In this document: positions 38,158 through 52,161 of the stretch, one piece after another
Layout of the letters: each line of letters opens with the position of its first letter
Position numbering within the stretch: the stretch's first letter is position 1
Origin: Epiperipatus broadwayi
Taxonomy: Eukaryota > Animalia > Onychophora
Length of the DNA stretch: 64,000 nt
NCBI GenBank assembly: GCA_028023455.1
Contig: JAQFVV010000008.1
Span: 8,494,001 to 8,558,000, forward strand
Direction: 5' to 3'
Program-made: the position numbers and the translations under genes
The notes under the pieces: generated by a model
The model's input: the letters and a program-made list of their open reading frames with translations, nothing else
Databases searched by the model: none
What the model was told of the DNA's origin: nothing

Positions 38158-39882
38158 CTACTCAAACTTGAAAGTAATCGGAATTATAAATAAAAATCAC
38201 TAGTTCTCACCAAATGTAATGTTGCCAATAATACAATACAAAATTTCCATACTTTCAATTAAGCAACAAAAAATATTTATATTCACAAATCGTTTTTTTT
38301 TTTTTTTTTTGGTTAAATCCTTTTTTTTTACATTGTACAGATAAATTGTATTTATTAATTACAAATCGAAAGAATGTATAAGCTGTATTCAAATTTTAAT
38401 TATATAGGTATTTCAACCCCCCCCCCCCCATAATTGTAAAATTATATATATATACAATGATTGTTAATAACATAGATATATTTTTTCTCCTACTGCCTCA
38501 ATGCAATACTTATATAAACTATAGAAAGAGATTTTTCTATGCATTTAAGCTTATGACAATCTCCTTAGCTATTAGTTTGCTGCATGAATTAGTTTGATGT
38601 GATAATGTTTGATTTTTTAAAAAAAAAAAACTAATTCAGTCTAATTGTGCACTACCCACAAATCCTCTTTAAAAAGTACTCATTATAATGATGATTAATA
38701 TCTAATGTATATTAATGCTAATACTTTGATAGCTGATTCTAAAGTTATTCCATTAATTTCACATTCACATAAAATTAATCAAATTTTATAAAGATTTTGT
38801 TTCCAGAGTTGAACAAATTCACTCATACTACCTTTTAGAAATACAGTCCAATTCTAACTTTAATATTGTTTATTATTATATTTACATTAAAAAATATGTA
38901 TTCATGTCATGTTACATTCATAGATATCCATTCAAACAATAAAGACAAAAACAACAACAACAATCTGGTTTTTGTTTAAAAGGTTTGCTATATCTGCATC
39001 AAAAAACACTTGGGTTAGGAGAAAATATTTTAATCCAATCAAAAATTTCTTTGTTAGGAAGATAAATAAAAAAATGTCTAGGGACATTCAGTTTTATAAT
39101 CAATAGAATGCTGACTATATAGTTATCAAATATATATAGACATTATACATTTTTTATATCTGACATTAAGCAACATATATGTACCTAGAGAATGATTCCA
39201 CTATGAAAATAGAATTTCTGTCCCATTTCTCAAAATACTATTGTCATTTATATCATAGTTATTATTATTAGGGTAATGGAATTAAGAAATGTGATGAAAT
39301 TGACAAAAATCTGAAGATCATCTAAATTCTTTCACAAATTATACATCAATGCTCTAAGAATAAATCATGGCATTTTCTAATACTATAGTTTGGTATCTAA
39401 TAAGATATTGTTAAGTAGAGTGTGAGAAAAACTATAAAGTGCTTGCTTTGTAATATGATATTAATGATTCCATATACAAATTTGAAATATAGTTCTTATC
39501 TTAATAAATTCATGCATCTATTAAATATAGCTATGAGAAGATGCAGTAGAATATCAAAAAATCATATGAAGTACTGTGAAATGAACAGTAGACTTTTATT
39601 TAAAACTATTAGAAGACCAATGAAATCTGAAAATTGTATACAATCTCTCCAAAATTGATGACTAATCACGACAAATAATGATTATATCATTTTTATAAGA
39701 CCTGTCACTGTTTTGCTTAGATATGGAAAGTAGAAGTCAAGTATTCTTCTAATAACTGTTCATAATAATTATCTACATCAAACATGTCAAGTTCGTTCAT
39801 AACTAAGGGCTATAGTAACTATTATAAGAGAAATAAGAGGTCACATTAAAAAAAAACCCCTTGAAATTTATTAGGAAGCAGC

Positions 39883-40000
39883 ACATCAAGCATTGTTAGC
39901 CGGGAGGTCGGTGCAGCGGCCTTGCAAGCAAGCAGTTGGTAGCAGACGGTTATTGCGGGTTCACCTCCCGGCCGATGCTATGACATATGGAAAAAAAAAA
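39883..40000 (+). mobile_element. Short Pol III SINE, copy 2, with poly(A) and TSD
   Basis: A box TAGCCGGGAGG, B-box-like GGTTCACCTCC, A10 tail, 8-bp TSD GAAGCAGC (39875-82, 40001-08). Confidence 0.85.
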
Positions 40001-40269
40001 GAAGCAGCTTTTTTTATTATTAACATTGCAATTACAATCATGTTATAAATATATATATATAAAGTACAAAAGTTTTTTTTTTCTAATTTCATGTTATTTA
40101 AATAAAATTATATATATATATTTTTTTTAAAGAAATTTGGTATTTATCATTAACCGAATTTTCAAAATTTGTCAGAATTTGTTGAGCTGTAATTATTTTT
40201 AAAACTGACAGTAGGTGTTAGTCTGTCAATCTTGATCTTTCTATAATTTTATTTTTTAATGTTAAAAAT

Positions 40270-41760
40270 AGTTGTTTACACAAATATGTGATACCGAAAG
40301 TAGATAAAATAAATATGCTTAATCACACATAATATATTTTTGTTACAATAGGGATTCACACTAAATTTTGATAACTCCAGTTGTAAAGTATCATCAAAGA
40401 TTTCACAATCAATAGACAGAAGAGAATAGGTGAAATTGATTTTCACATTTCTTGAAATCCAAAAATTTTCTTTTGAATTCATTTTCTAATAATTTAACTT
40501 AATTGATATAATCTGAAAATTTCAATTCTGATTTCTGCAATTATGATTGGCAACATTCAAAATGAGATAAATTTTCTTTTTGAATTTGTTTTTTGCCAGC
40601 ATAATTTTTCTTTGAAAACATTGATATTATCAAATAATGTGATAACTACATGATATTTGCATTGTAGTTTAAGATTAAGTTAACTAAGGTGATTTATAAC
40701 GTCAATTGACAAAAAACCAGATCCTTTGTCCATTGATCATCTTTTAATATTTCATATTGGTAATTTTTCAATACTAAAATGATAATAATTTCATCCAGTA
40801 TTTGGAAAAATCTCTAAAATGTTATGATTAGAAAGCTGCTAAATTAGATCAATATATTCACTTCCTATAATCTAATAAAACTTTACTGAATTGGCAATGA
40901 CAAAAATATGTACATGAATATAATTTACAATTTTAATGACATTTTTTATATGTTCAATATGTAAAACTTTGGAGCATAATGTTTGCTGATAAATAATGCA
41001 ATGAAAGTGTTGAAAAGAAATAGTATATTTCCTTCTAAATTTTTTTTTAGTTGTGTGATAACTCCTTTAATAACACCAATCATGACAGTTGCAAGAGATA
41101 CTAGCTTTTTTAATAATAAATTATATTCCTTCCCAACTTCCATAAGTGCATTAAAAAAAACAACTTAGTTATTGTTCATATAGTGGAATAATTTCCAGAA
41201 GCTTTTCACTTATTTTTAAGTTCACAAAGATCTACTAATAAAAACAGCTAAATTTTGTCTTGTACATCTGTATTTTCACCAATTGCAATGGAAAATGTCT
41301 TAAATGTTGTAATTATTGATTTTAGTTGACTCCTTAAATTTATCTATATTATCAATTTTTCAGGCAGTGATATTTTGAGTCAAGTTTATATTTTTGAATT
41401 TCTTTAATTGTGTGAATATAACACTTCCACTGCTTTAATAATATATTCACAAATAAATTCCAATTTAGTGAAGGATTTTGATTTGCTTGCAATCACATGT
41501 GATATAAAATAACTAGGTTTTCACAGTAGTTGTATCATCTTCATTAGGTTTGGTAAATATACATTGTTGTTTTTGAAGTATCAACTTTAATTCTGATAAT
41601 TTAACTTCTTTTCTAGCATATTTGTCAAAATTTTCTTTATGAATTATATTGTAGTGTCTTTTAATATATATTCTTTGCAAATTGCAATGAAATTTCTATA
41701 TATCAGACATAATTTTTTTTTTTTTTTTTAATACAAAAATATTTTATTTCCCATTTTTCT
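40270..41760 (-). mobile_element. Degenerate hAT transposase (SPIN/GTF2IRD2-like)
   Basis: KEYNIKRHYNIIHKENFDKY at ~41620-41680 and SYFISHVIASKSKSFT at ~41480-41520, with many stops and frameshifts. TIRs not located. Confidence 0.7.
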
Positions 41761-42614
41761 TGAAAAGTATGACATTTTTCAATTAATCATTTTTTATTCA
41801 TATTCATAGAGGTCTTTGATATTATTTTAATAAATTTTTAATTAATCACAAAGAAAGCTACACTTTCCAATGTAAGAATATCTTGAATAAAACAGTGATT
41901 AAAATCTGAAGTCAATAATAATAATTTGTTTAAAATAATAGTAATATTTGAAAACTTGAGATATGCAAGTTAATATGAAAAGGTATAAGAAAAAAAACAA
42001 ATTTATACCTCAAGTTTTTGAGCATTACATAACTATATAAAAAGAGCTTAGCATTTGATATTTAAAATAATAATAATAACAATGGATGGATAAAATAGCA
42101 ATATCTATTTTCTCATAGGATGTAAATCACTAGTTTTACAATGTTCTTATTCTCTGTATTGAATACATGTGCATAAAAATTGGGCAGTTGATTTGAATTG
42201 TGTTTATATTTATTTAATTCATATATTTATTTATAATTTTAATTTTAAAAAATCCAATATTGTCAAAGGTTATGGTGGATATCATTTTTGTCAGGCTGCA
42301 GACCACTTGCCAGCAGGTCGTAGACAGCCCACAGATCTTGTTTGAAATGCCTTATCTATACGAATTCAAATAAGTTTTGGAACTGACATTCTTAGTCTAT
42401 ATCCCATGCCCATGATGAATTATTTAGAAATTTACACAGTTTCTTATGGATATTTGTGAATAGAGATTAGTTAGTTCAAGGCAGTAAAAAATCAATTATA
42501 TTCAGATCATAAAACAACTAACAAATTATGCTAAAATAGTGTTAGCATTACCTTAAGAGCTGTAGAAATCTAATTTAATAAATTTTTGTTGGTTTGTTCA
42601 GATATTTCTATTTA

Positions 42615-43094
42615 TAAAACAGGCAAAACTCACTATATATATTGCCACACACAGCAAGCTAGAGTAATCAATGGATGCCAAAAGGCTTGTGCATAAAATC
42701 CCCATCTAGTGTCTACTCATCCGATATCCCCAGACTAGTTTCTGGCTTATGGTCTTCATCAGTGAGGAGCCTTGGATCTGAGAGCATTGCATCTAGATCT
42801 TAGGATCTAATGCAACCCTCCAGAAACCACCTTTTATCTCCATTTAACTACAGAACTATGAATCTATTGAAAACACCTTAATGTTTTCAATCCAAGCCCA
42901 ATAGCTTATATAGCCATAAGCCAGAAACTAGTCTGGGGATATTGGATGAGTAGGCACTAGATGGGGATTTTATGCACAAGCCTTCTGGCATCCATTGATT
43001 ACTCTAGCTTGCTGTGTATGGCAATATATATAGTGAGTTTTGCCTATTTTAACAACAGTTATACACAAGCATAAGAAGAGGTGGTCATGTGATG
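42615..43094. mobile_element. Hammerhead-bearing non-autonomous element, family B, in inverted configuration
   Basis: 138-bp inverted arms at 42615-42752 and 42914-43051, 161-bp spacer, ~45-bp tail shared with the 9.2-9.5 kb copy. Confidence 0.85.
42728..42767 (-). ncRNA. Minimal type-I hammerhead ribozyme with intact catalytic core
   Basis: CCTCA CTGATGA AGACCATAAGCCA GAAAC TA GTC TGGGG. Stem I is 5 bp (one G-U), stem III is the palindrome ACTAGT, cleavage triplet GUC; stem II has one mismatch. Confidence 0.8.
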
Positions 43095-45613
43095 TTTATT
43101 TCTATTTATGTCATACATTCTAAGTGTGTATAATGAATGCATTTTCTAGGCAAACTAGGATGAAATGGTTCTCACTTAGAGATCATGACTGATTCATTTT
43201 ATCTAATAAATATATACATATGAAAGGGAAAATTCTAGAAAAGACTTACAATAAAAGATCCACAATAAATATAAGCAGTATTTTTTCTCTTTATAATTAC
43301 ATGTTCAGGAAATACATTGAAGCGGTGGATGTATTTGTTATTTATTCTTGATATATTTTAATTATATAGACTATATTTACAAAAGATCATTGCTACTCAT
43401 TGTTAAGTAATAATCATAAATAAATTATTCTAATCATAGAATTAATAAAAAAATGTAAGGATATATTTGTTTTTCAGCCCTATCTCATATATATATATAA
43501 TTTTATGACTATTTGCTAAATCATGAGGTCAATTATTTTATTTTATCAATGACTGTTAATAACTTTTGTTTTTATATAAACTTAAATTGGTAGCTTTTTT
43601 TATTATGAAGCCGTATGCAAGACCATTATTTATACAGTCTTGTGCTCAATACTGTTGCTAATTAGAATAAATTTAATATTTGGTGATGTTCTAAAAAAAA
43701 CAACAATTCTGTCAGAAAACAGTGTGACATCATGTATGAGTAGATTTTGACATACTCTAAAAATAAAAGCTGTATTTCACTGAATAAATCTTTTTTGAAG
43801 AGTTACTGTATGATTATCCAAAGTGGTTCATGATGTAAACATCAATATTGGTATACTTGCATCAAGCCTAAAAAGATAGAGATTAACCATTTCAAATTCT
43901 GTGTTAAATTCTTTAAACTTAAAGAATGTTTTATAGTTCTTATTTTAACTATTTCATTGCTTCAGAAAAATACATTTTACTAAATTTTGTAAAACTTTTT
44001 TTTTTTTTTTAGAAAACATTTTATTAGCTAATATTTTTTTACACTAAAGTGATGAATAAAATGCCTTTTCAACTTAACCTAAAAAAACATTAATAAATGT
44101 GTATGTGAATATCATAAAAGATATTAAATTTACACATTTTAATATTTTTTGTTTATTTACTTTTTTTTATTTATTTATTTGCATTTCTTTGGATATCATA
44201 TAATTGAAGTAGTATATATTGATACAATATATATATTGTAGCTTCACTGTAAAAGATTTCCAAAAAATAAGGTAATATTTTTTTCTCTTTAGAGAACAGA
44301 AATGTTATGTTATAAGCAGAGCCACTCAAAATATTTTTAAATACTTTCATGTTAATTTAGCTTCCCAACTGAAAATAGGCCCAATATATTTCCTGTTATT
44401 TGGTTTCAAGCCTTCTTATGAACATGTGGATAACAGCAAATTTATATAATAAAAGTTTTAGTACATAATCATGAAATAATTTAATTTTGAAATGTACTAA
44501 TTTAGACATCTAATAATTAACAAAAAATGAAATTGTGATTGGTTGACAGAGGATATATACCTAATAATCCTCATACACATAGTCATGTATGTGAAACTTT
44601 TGAATTCAAATTTTATGAATTTCTAATTTCTTTTCATTTTTTTTTATTTATTAAAGTTTCAAACTAAGAATAAATGAAACTATGGATCATGAGTTTGTGA
44701 TGATTAAGGGTGGGTGGGTAGGGGGTAAAATATTGTATTTAACATGCAAATGTAGTCAAATTACTTACAAATGAATATATTCACAAAGAATTTGGAAATA
44801 TTAAACAATTTATAAATTCTCACATCAAAGTTATTCAAATGTTTCGAAATATGTTAGAACAGTACTAAATGATTAGTGTTTATTTCATGCTATCAAGCAA
44901 AAGATTAGCATTTAAAATATTAAGGAAATTTCAATGTGAAAAAATGCGCATATATATAAAGTTATTTATTTTATTCAATGATAAGTTGAGTAATGAACAG
45001 TAGAACACTATGACCAATTCATATTGCCTGATAATCAGCAATGATTGTTTGGCATTGCTTACCATCATTTTAATATACTTATGCTAACATCTCAATTTTA
45101 GAGTTATATCATACATTTTAATAAAATTGGATTTAGACTTTTTCATTATTGGAGTAGAAAATTTGTAAAAAACATTGAATAAATTTCATTCATGTGTAGA
45201 TTCATCTTTATGGTAATGTATCTAGCAGAGAGAAAAAAGTTATTTTTTGCACAACTACCTATATATAAATATGTATGAATTAATTTCATTATAATTAAAC
45301 ACACTATGAAAAACTCTAATATGAACATGAACCTAATAGACATTAATATATGTATAAACTTTCCACTTTGTCATTTGGAGCTATGCTTTGAAATTTATCC
45401 TTGTACATTATACATATTGAAAATTATAAGTTAATTAAATATCATATGAATGAAAGATAATTAAAAAAGAAAAAAAAATATATAATATTAATAGCTTTAT
45501 AATTAAAAAAAAAAGTTTGATATAAGTTTCATATATCATCAAAAATGAAAAGTAATAAAGTCCACTATGCTTTTCTTTCAAATAAATTATAATAAATAAT
45601 AAAAAAATTATAT

Positions 45614-46046
45614 ACAACAGCTATATATATATATATAACAATTGCACATAAAAAGCCTTTTTCAGCATATGATCTTGTGTTGTTTTTAAATGTTTAACAT
45701 TAATTATTGCAGATAGCACACCATCTAGTGTTTTATAATGGAAGTAAAATGACATCAATAACAAAATAAAACATCAGTAAAATAGATTTTTTTTTCATAT
45801 AGAGATTCAATATAACTTCAAAGAATTGACTATATTGAATCACTTTATGAAATTTTTTTATTGTATTTTACTAATATTTTATTTTGTTATTATCATTTTA
45901 CTTCCATTATAGACTAGCTGGTGTTCTATCTGCAATAATTGGGTAATGTTAAAATAGATGCACAACATTTGAAAAGAGCGCAAAACTGTATGCTGAAAAA
46001 GTTTTTTATGTGTAATTATTATTAATATATATTTATATAGTTGTTG
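45614..46046. repeat. ~430-bp imperfect palindrome derived from a PLE pLTR, with a UUGAAAAG-type hammerhead motif in each arm
   Basis: Arms pair almost to the centre (gattcaatata / tatattgaatc). Right arm has ACAT TTGAAAAG AGCG...TGCT GAAAAAG TTTTTT ATGT at 45965-46011. Confidence 0.7.
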
Positions 46047-49000
46047 GTTGCATAATTCATATCATGAAATTGATAGAATAATGAATTCCAAACAACACAG
46101 TGTTGGTGAAATAAGAATAAGAAAAAATAGAATGAGGTAAATATAAAAAGTAATTTCAAAAGATATATAATGCATCTTAATAATAAAGAAGCTCATTAAT
46201 ATTCATGATATAGCTCTAAAATTAAAATGCTGGTGATCAAATATTACTGTATAGCTATAGTTAAGGTGACACACTCAACAACCTATAATTTTTCAGAACA
46301 TCTGATTTCTGATTTTCTTTAAAGGTATCCCAAAATAATTTTAGAAAGAATATTATTTGTCCTGAATTATCACATAATCATTTATTTTATTATGTTTACA
46401 ACATACTTGATAATAATATAGAGTATAATAAAAGAAAATAATATTGAAAATTTTGATACACAATATATTATATGATACATGTACTCATGTTTTATATGAC
46501 TAAGCACATGTCTTAATTAGGGTCAGGAATAGACTTTGTAGGGAAAAAAATCAATCAGCCAGCATGAACTATGAAATAAATATATATTTTTGAATATAGT
46601 GATCACAATTAATTTTTCAAAGTTTTTATTTGTTTTATCATTATCATAAAATACACTCACAAAAAAGATTATATTATATATTTATTTGCTCAAGTTAAAA
46701 TAAAGATATTGATACATAAAAAGTGAAAAAACTAAAATGGATATTTGAGTTTATAAAGTGAATGATAATAACAATAAAATTTTTATTAAAAAAGATGATT
46801 CTTTAATGTTTACATTCTAAGAATGAATTTACTTCAAGATTTTTATTTATTTATTACAAACCTATTAATTGTAGCATGTTTACTTAATAATAGAATTAAT
46901 ATTTTACCAAATTTGACTGACTAATCTACTTTATTCAATCTAACTACTTTAAAAATGAATACATAAATATATATCTAAATATGTATAAAAAAATCAAGAA
47001 TATTACAATTAATATTTTGTAATCTGACAAAACCAATTAAAAAAAATTCTGATTTTCTAGGTTACAATATTTTTAAATTGATTATCTAAAAATATTTATA
47101 AAAAGTTGATCATCCTAGTTTTAGTCCTCTATTGTCTAGTTACTTTATCTATATTTGTGCAAACAACTTAACATATACATATTTAGTTACTAAATCTTCC
47201 AACTGCAATTGCTGTTATTTTTCAAATAAAATTAATAGAATTAGAACAGATTTATCTTAAAACTAATGTAAAAGAAAACATGAAAGTTAGCATAAAAACA
47301 ATTTATTATTAATAAATAATGATAGATGAGCTGTAATTGAATGTAATGTTTGAAACAAATATAATTTTAAAATTATATAAATGTATGTTCCAATTTCAAG
47401 TCACTCAAATGAGAAATTAGAGTTTTCCCCCCATAGTCAATAGCTAATCGATGCAAAGATTCTCATTCTAAAATACCAATGGAATGTTTTAATGTAAAAA
47501 TTGAATTTCATTATGTTAATTAATTCAGTGAGATATTTATGGTTATCAAAAAAATCCAAATAGAGAAATATAAGAATTTGCATAAAGTAATAATTAGTTT
47601 ACCTAAAGTTCTTTTTTTTTTTTAAATTCTGCACATTAGCAAAAATATTGTTCAAGAAGTTTTAAAACATTTAAAATTAGAAGTGATCATAGACCTATAA
47701 AATGTTCACTGTATTTTGTCAACAAAACGGAGACTTAAATTATTAAGACAAAATTCTGAACTTATAGATATATTAAATTTTAAGAAAGAATTATCAGATA
47801 CAGCTCAAAAACAAATGATTCAAAATTTAAAGTCAAAATGTAAAAAGAAAATTAAAATTAAAGAAGTAAAATGTTTCATACAAATTTATTTATAAATTCT
47901 TTTATTTATATCAGAATATTTTATTTTGGAAAGTAAATCTAATTTCTTTTTAAAAAAAACTTCAAACTTCTAAAATATAATTTTTCAACAGTCTCTTTTC
48001 ATTTCATGTACAGTTTTAATCCTTTAGCTGATTGATTTTTTAAATAAATCCCCTAGTATTGGCTCAATTAAATCCTCAAATTTTATTTGATCAAATACAT
48101 CTTTATTCTTAATTATATTTTTTTGAAATTTTCATTATTCATTAATAAAATACTAGTTTTCTACTTCACCTTTGATAATATTTTAGACAAGCTTCACTTT
48201 TTTGCGTAAAGCACAATTTAAATTAATTATTCATTAATATATTTTTACAAATGAAAATTAACCATAAAAATGTTATTTCACTTTTACAAATATAAAAACA
48301 AATATTAAATTGAAATATCCAATAAGAATTAGATGGAAGTATGATTACGAATAGAAAAAAAAAAATTAAAGAAAATTCAATAATTATGTCTTCTTTATAT
48401 AAATATAATACTTTATATGCTAAAATTAGTAATAAAAATAATTTATTCAATAAGTGTATATTAAGTCTTCAATGTGCCGAAGTTAAATTTCAGAAAGGAA
48501 AATTGAACAATTACCTGGAGAAAATAGTACAGCCAATGAAATAGTTAAAGCAGGCAGTGAAGAACCTCAATATCCCAAAATAATGCACTTATCTATTTAC
48601 AAAATTATTCCTTTTTAACAAACTTATTACAAAAATTTTTGCTGCATTTAGAAAGAAAAATTAAGTTTTAATCAGACAAAAAAAAAAAAAAAAATGGATG
48701 GGGTTTAGATATGGATTTTGTACTGTAGAGCATTTACAAATATTAAATAAAATAATTTAAATATATAATGAGTATCAATTTTCTGGTTTCTAGACTTCAA
48801 TTATACAAGAGCTTTCAATTATGTATAAATATATCATGACATTCTGCTTCAAGGAATGGCTACTTTTAAGAATAAAAAAAATAAAAACATAAGAATAAAA
48901 TTATGAAAAAGTAAACATAAAATTCATTTCAATTTTTATTTATATCAAAATTAATTATCAACTGTTACACATACATAAAATTACAATATATTTATATAAA

Positions 49001-50342
49001 TAAGCATTTATTTTTATAGCGCTAAGTTTTTTTATAAATTGTAATACATTAAAGATCAGCCTTCTCAAGCTATTGTGCATGCGTTTTTTATGAGTGTTAA
49101 TAATAAATGAATACTTTCATTCCCAATACAAGATATAGTATTTAAGAAAGAATATTTATATATATTATTTTCCATTCTAGGACTAAATTTAAATGTTCAT
49201 TAATATCTATTCTTTAATAAATCCATTCTTTACCTATTTTTTAAAGATATCAGTATGCATATAAAATTATATAATGTTAATGTTGAAAAAAATATTTAAA
49301 ACAAATAAAGAATTAATAAATATACAATATATATATATATTGTAATTTATTAAAATAAAATAAATGAATGACTTTATTATTCAGCTCATAAAAAAGTTTA
49401 TGAGTCAGAACTGACAGAGATGGGCCAAATCTGTGGATCTTAAGTTCTAGAGTTTGCCATCCTACTAATGCATCAACTCATGCAGAGAATTATAATTTAT
49501 TAATATCAATTTTTCTTAGTAAATGACAATCAAAGTAAGTACTTGATTGATGTCAAATTACATATTTTTATTTTCTTTATCATTATAAAATAAATTGTTT
49601 CATATTTCATTACAAAAAATATTTAGTTTCAAGCATTAGAACTAAAGATGCAGGGAAAAAGTTCAAGTATAAGAATCTTAAAATTTTGCTGTAAAAATAT
49701 AGAATGAAATTGAATATATACTGTATATGTAAAATGAAAGATTAATTACAAATCAACTTCATTAAAAATGTAAGGATAAAAATAAATAAGATTGCTCCCA
49801 CTCAGTATTATTTATATCTTAAGAACTTATCTGAAACATTTTTTCTTTATAAAATATGATTCATTCCTGGAAAAAAAAAAAGAAATTCGATATAGCATCT
49901 TCTTATTGTATGTTAAACATTTTATGCACTATATGGCCAATATTAGAAATTTTTGTTTTGACTGCTATGGTTTTAGAATTCAAAATTATACTTTCAAAAA
50001 GAGTGAAGAACTCAGTTTATGATTTTATTTATATAACCTAATTCTCAAAGAGAATAAATAGTGAGAAGTAGCAGTTATTTTTTTAAAAAAAAAGTATTCA
50101 ATTTTAAAACTTAATTTAAAGTTCTTGTTTCATATATGCATTTCTATCAGTTATAAATAGAGTTTATAATTTAAATATTAAACTTCTATTATATTTTATG
50201 ACTAAATGCCTGCACATAAGTTTACACTAATCAAGGAAAATCCAGATAAATCATTAATTTTATCTATTAAAGAGATTAATAAAGTGGAAGACAATATTTT
50301 TTTTCTGTAATTGAGATAGTAGAAAATATTTTTAAGCTATAG

Positions 50343-51495
50343 GGTGCTTGTCTTATAGCTAAAGATGCCGTTGGATGGCACCGTTTTCACACTAAAACTA
50401 TAAAATATGAACATTCATGGGCTGTTGATTTTAATAATTTTTCTGTGCTTTTTTGTAATGCGAAAATAAAAACAAAACAAAATCGTCTTTTTTAAATATT
50501 ATTTTTTATTAACGTTTACAATTTAAATGATAATAATAAATGTAAAATAAAATCAACAAATTACAATTTGATTCGTGTTTTTTATATCGTATACTTTATA
50601 AATTGTGTTACGGCTTTTTTTTTTATCAATTTTCTATCGGATATTTTTTTACTTGTATATGGCTTTTTTTTAAAATCAATTTTCTATCGGATATTTTTTT
50701 ACTTGTGTTACGACTTTTTTTGTTGTTGTTTAACTAAAAAATAATAATCGTAATAAAAGTAAAAGTTGTTACGGTTACATTTAGGGTTAGGGTTAGTTTT
50801 CTGTTGTTTGTAATGCTAAAATAAAAAAATTCAAAATTGTAACCGTACTCGAACAAAAGAAAGAAACTAAAACTTTTTTAAACAACAACAAACACATACA
50901 AATGTCTTATTTACTTATTAAACATGTTTATAATATTTGCTTTTTATGAAATTTACAAAAAAACCTGTATATTTGGACTTTTCTTACTGGATATTTTTTT
51001 CGTACCACTCTTTTTTACTTCAAAAATATACAGAAGGTAGAATCTTCTTTGTCTCGTGGAATGTTACTAACAGTACGTTACTTGACACGTTACCTAATTG
51101 CAACTCAATAAAAACATAGATATTTAACATTTTCCCAAATAAAAGTTCAATACAGTACGTTGTAAAAAGTCTTATAATTATTGCTTTAAAAAATTTGAAC
51201 ATTTCAATAGTTTAAAATAAAAAAAAATCCAATGAAAACAACATTTCAATACAAACTCTCTCATCAAGCCGTAATTATTTTATAAATTGTGCGAATTTGG
51301 TAAATGTATTTGCTGCTATGTGACATACATGCTGTACTGTGACACGACATAGCGGCCTGCATTCTGTAGCACAACAAAAAAGTTGTATTATAGAAACGCG
51401 GGTTCGAACGTGTCGGCCGCGGAAACAGCATTTTTATGTGTTTTGACACGAAAACCGCGCCATAGAGCGGCATCTTTAGCTAAAAGATGAGTACC
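50343..51495. mobile_element. Non-autonomous DNA transposon (MITE), probably Merlin superfamily
   Basis: Perfect 8-bp TSD AGCTATAG (50335-42, 51496-503). ~60-bp imperfect TIRs starting GGTGC/GGTAC (fits Merlin GGNRM). No transposase ORF. Confidence 0.8.
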
Positions 51496-52161
51496 AGCTA
51501 TAGTATATACATCTATGTGATATACTTTGTATTTTAAATTATTTAAGTAAACATGAACACATTCTTTAGCTAATATGTATTTAAAGTTTAAATTACTTCT
51601 GACATAACATGATAAGATTGATGTAGAGTGTAACTAATTGACTGTATATATTTATTATTTCTGGTTGTGAGAATAGCTTTTAAGATGTGAATATATCATA
51701 CAATGTTAGTACTGTTAGTGAGAAAAACTAAGGCCATTTTATATTAATAAATTTAGAGATGTGTGCAAGTTCCTATATAATAAAGGTAGATAATTCCTTA
51801 TTAAGAAATTGAGTTATAAATATTAGAAAGACATGTCTTTGGAAAAATAAGGAAGATTAATTTTCTATGATCCAAATCTCTCAGAATTATATGTTGATTG
51901 CCATGGTATTTCAAAAATGAATTTGGACATATTTTATATCAGTGTTATACAGCACATTATAGTTTATCATCATGGGTGAAGAAATATAGTATTTTCTGTA
52001 CATATATCATTATCATTTTAGCATATAATTACAACTATTAGTTATTATTTCAAGTATGAAACAAACACATTTATTGATACAATCACATTCTGTAAATGAA
52101 GTTAATAGGTTCAAAAATATATGTGTTATACTAATATAAGTTTTAGAATATTCTTTTAATA

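Noticed and set aside
47960-48200. HSP70-like exon (FDQIKFEDLIEPILGDLF) on the minus strand
   Set aside because: Stops and a frameshift flank the motif and no splice sites bracket it; more likely a decayed TE or chance match.
49415-49470. miRNA-like hairpin
   Set aside because: Too many bulges and too short a continuous stem to support without folding or expression data.
50768-50796. Telomere or chromosome-fusion scar
   Set aside because: Only ~2.5 perfect TTAGGG units, and they lie inside a TIR/TSD-bounded element.
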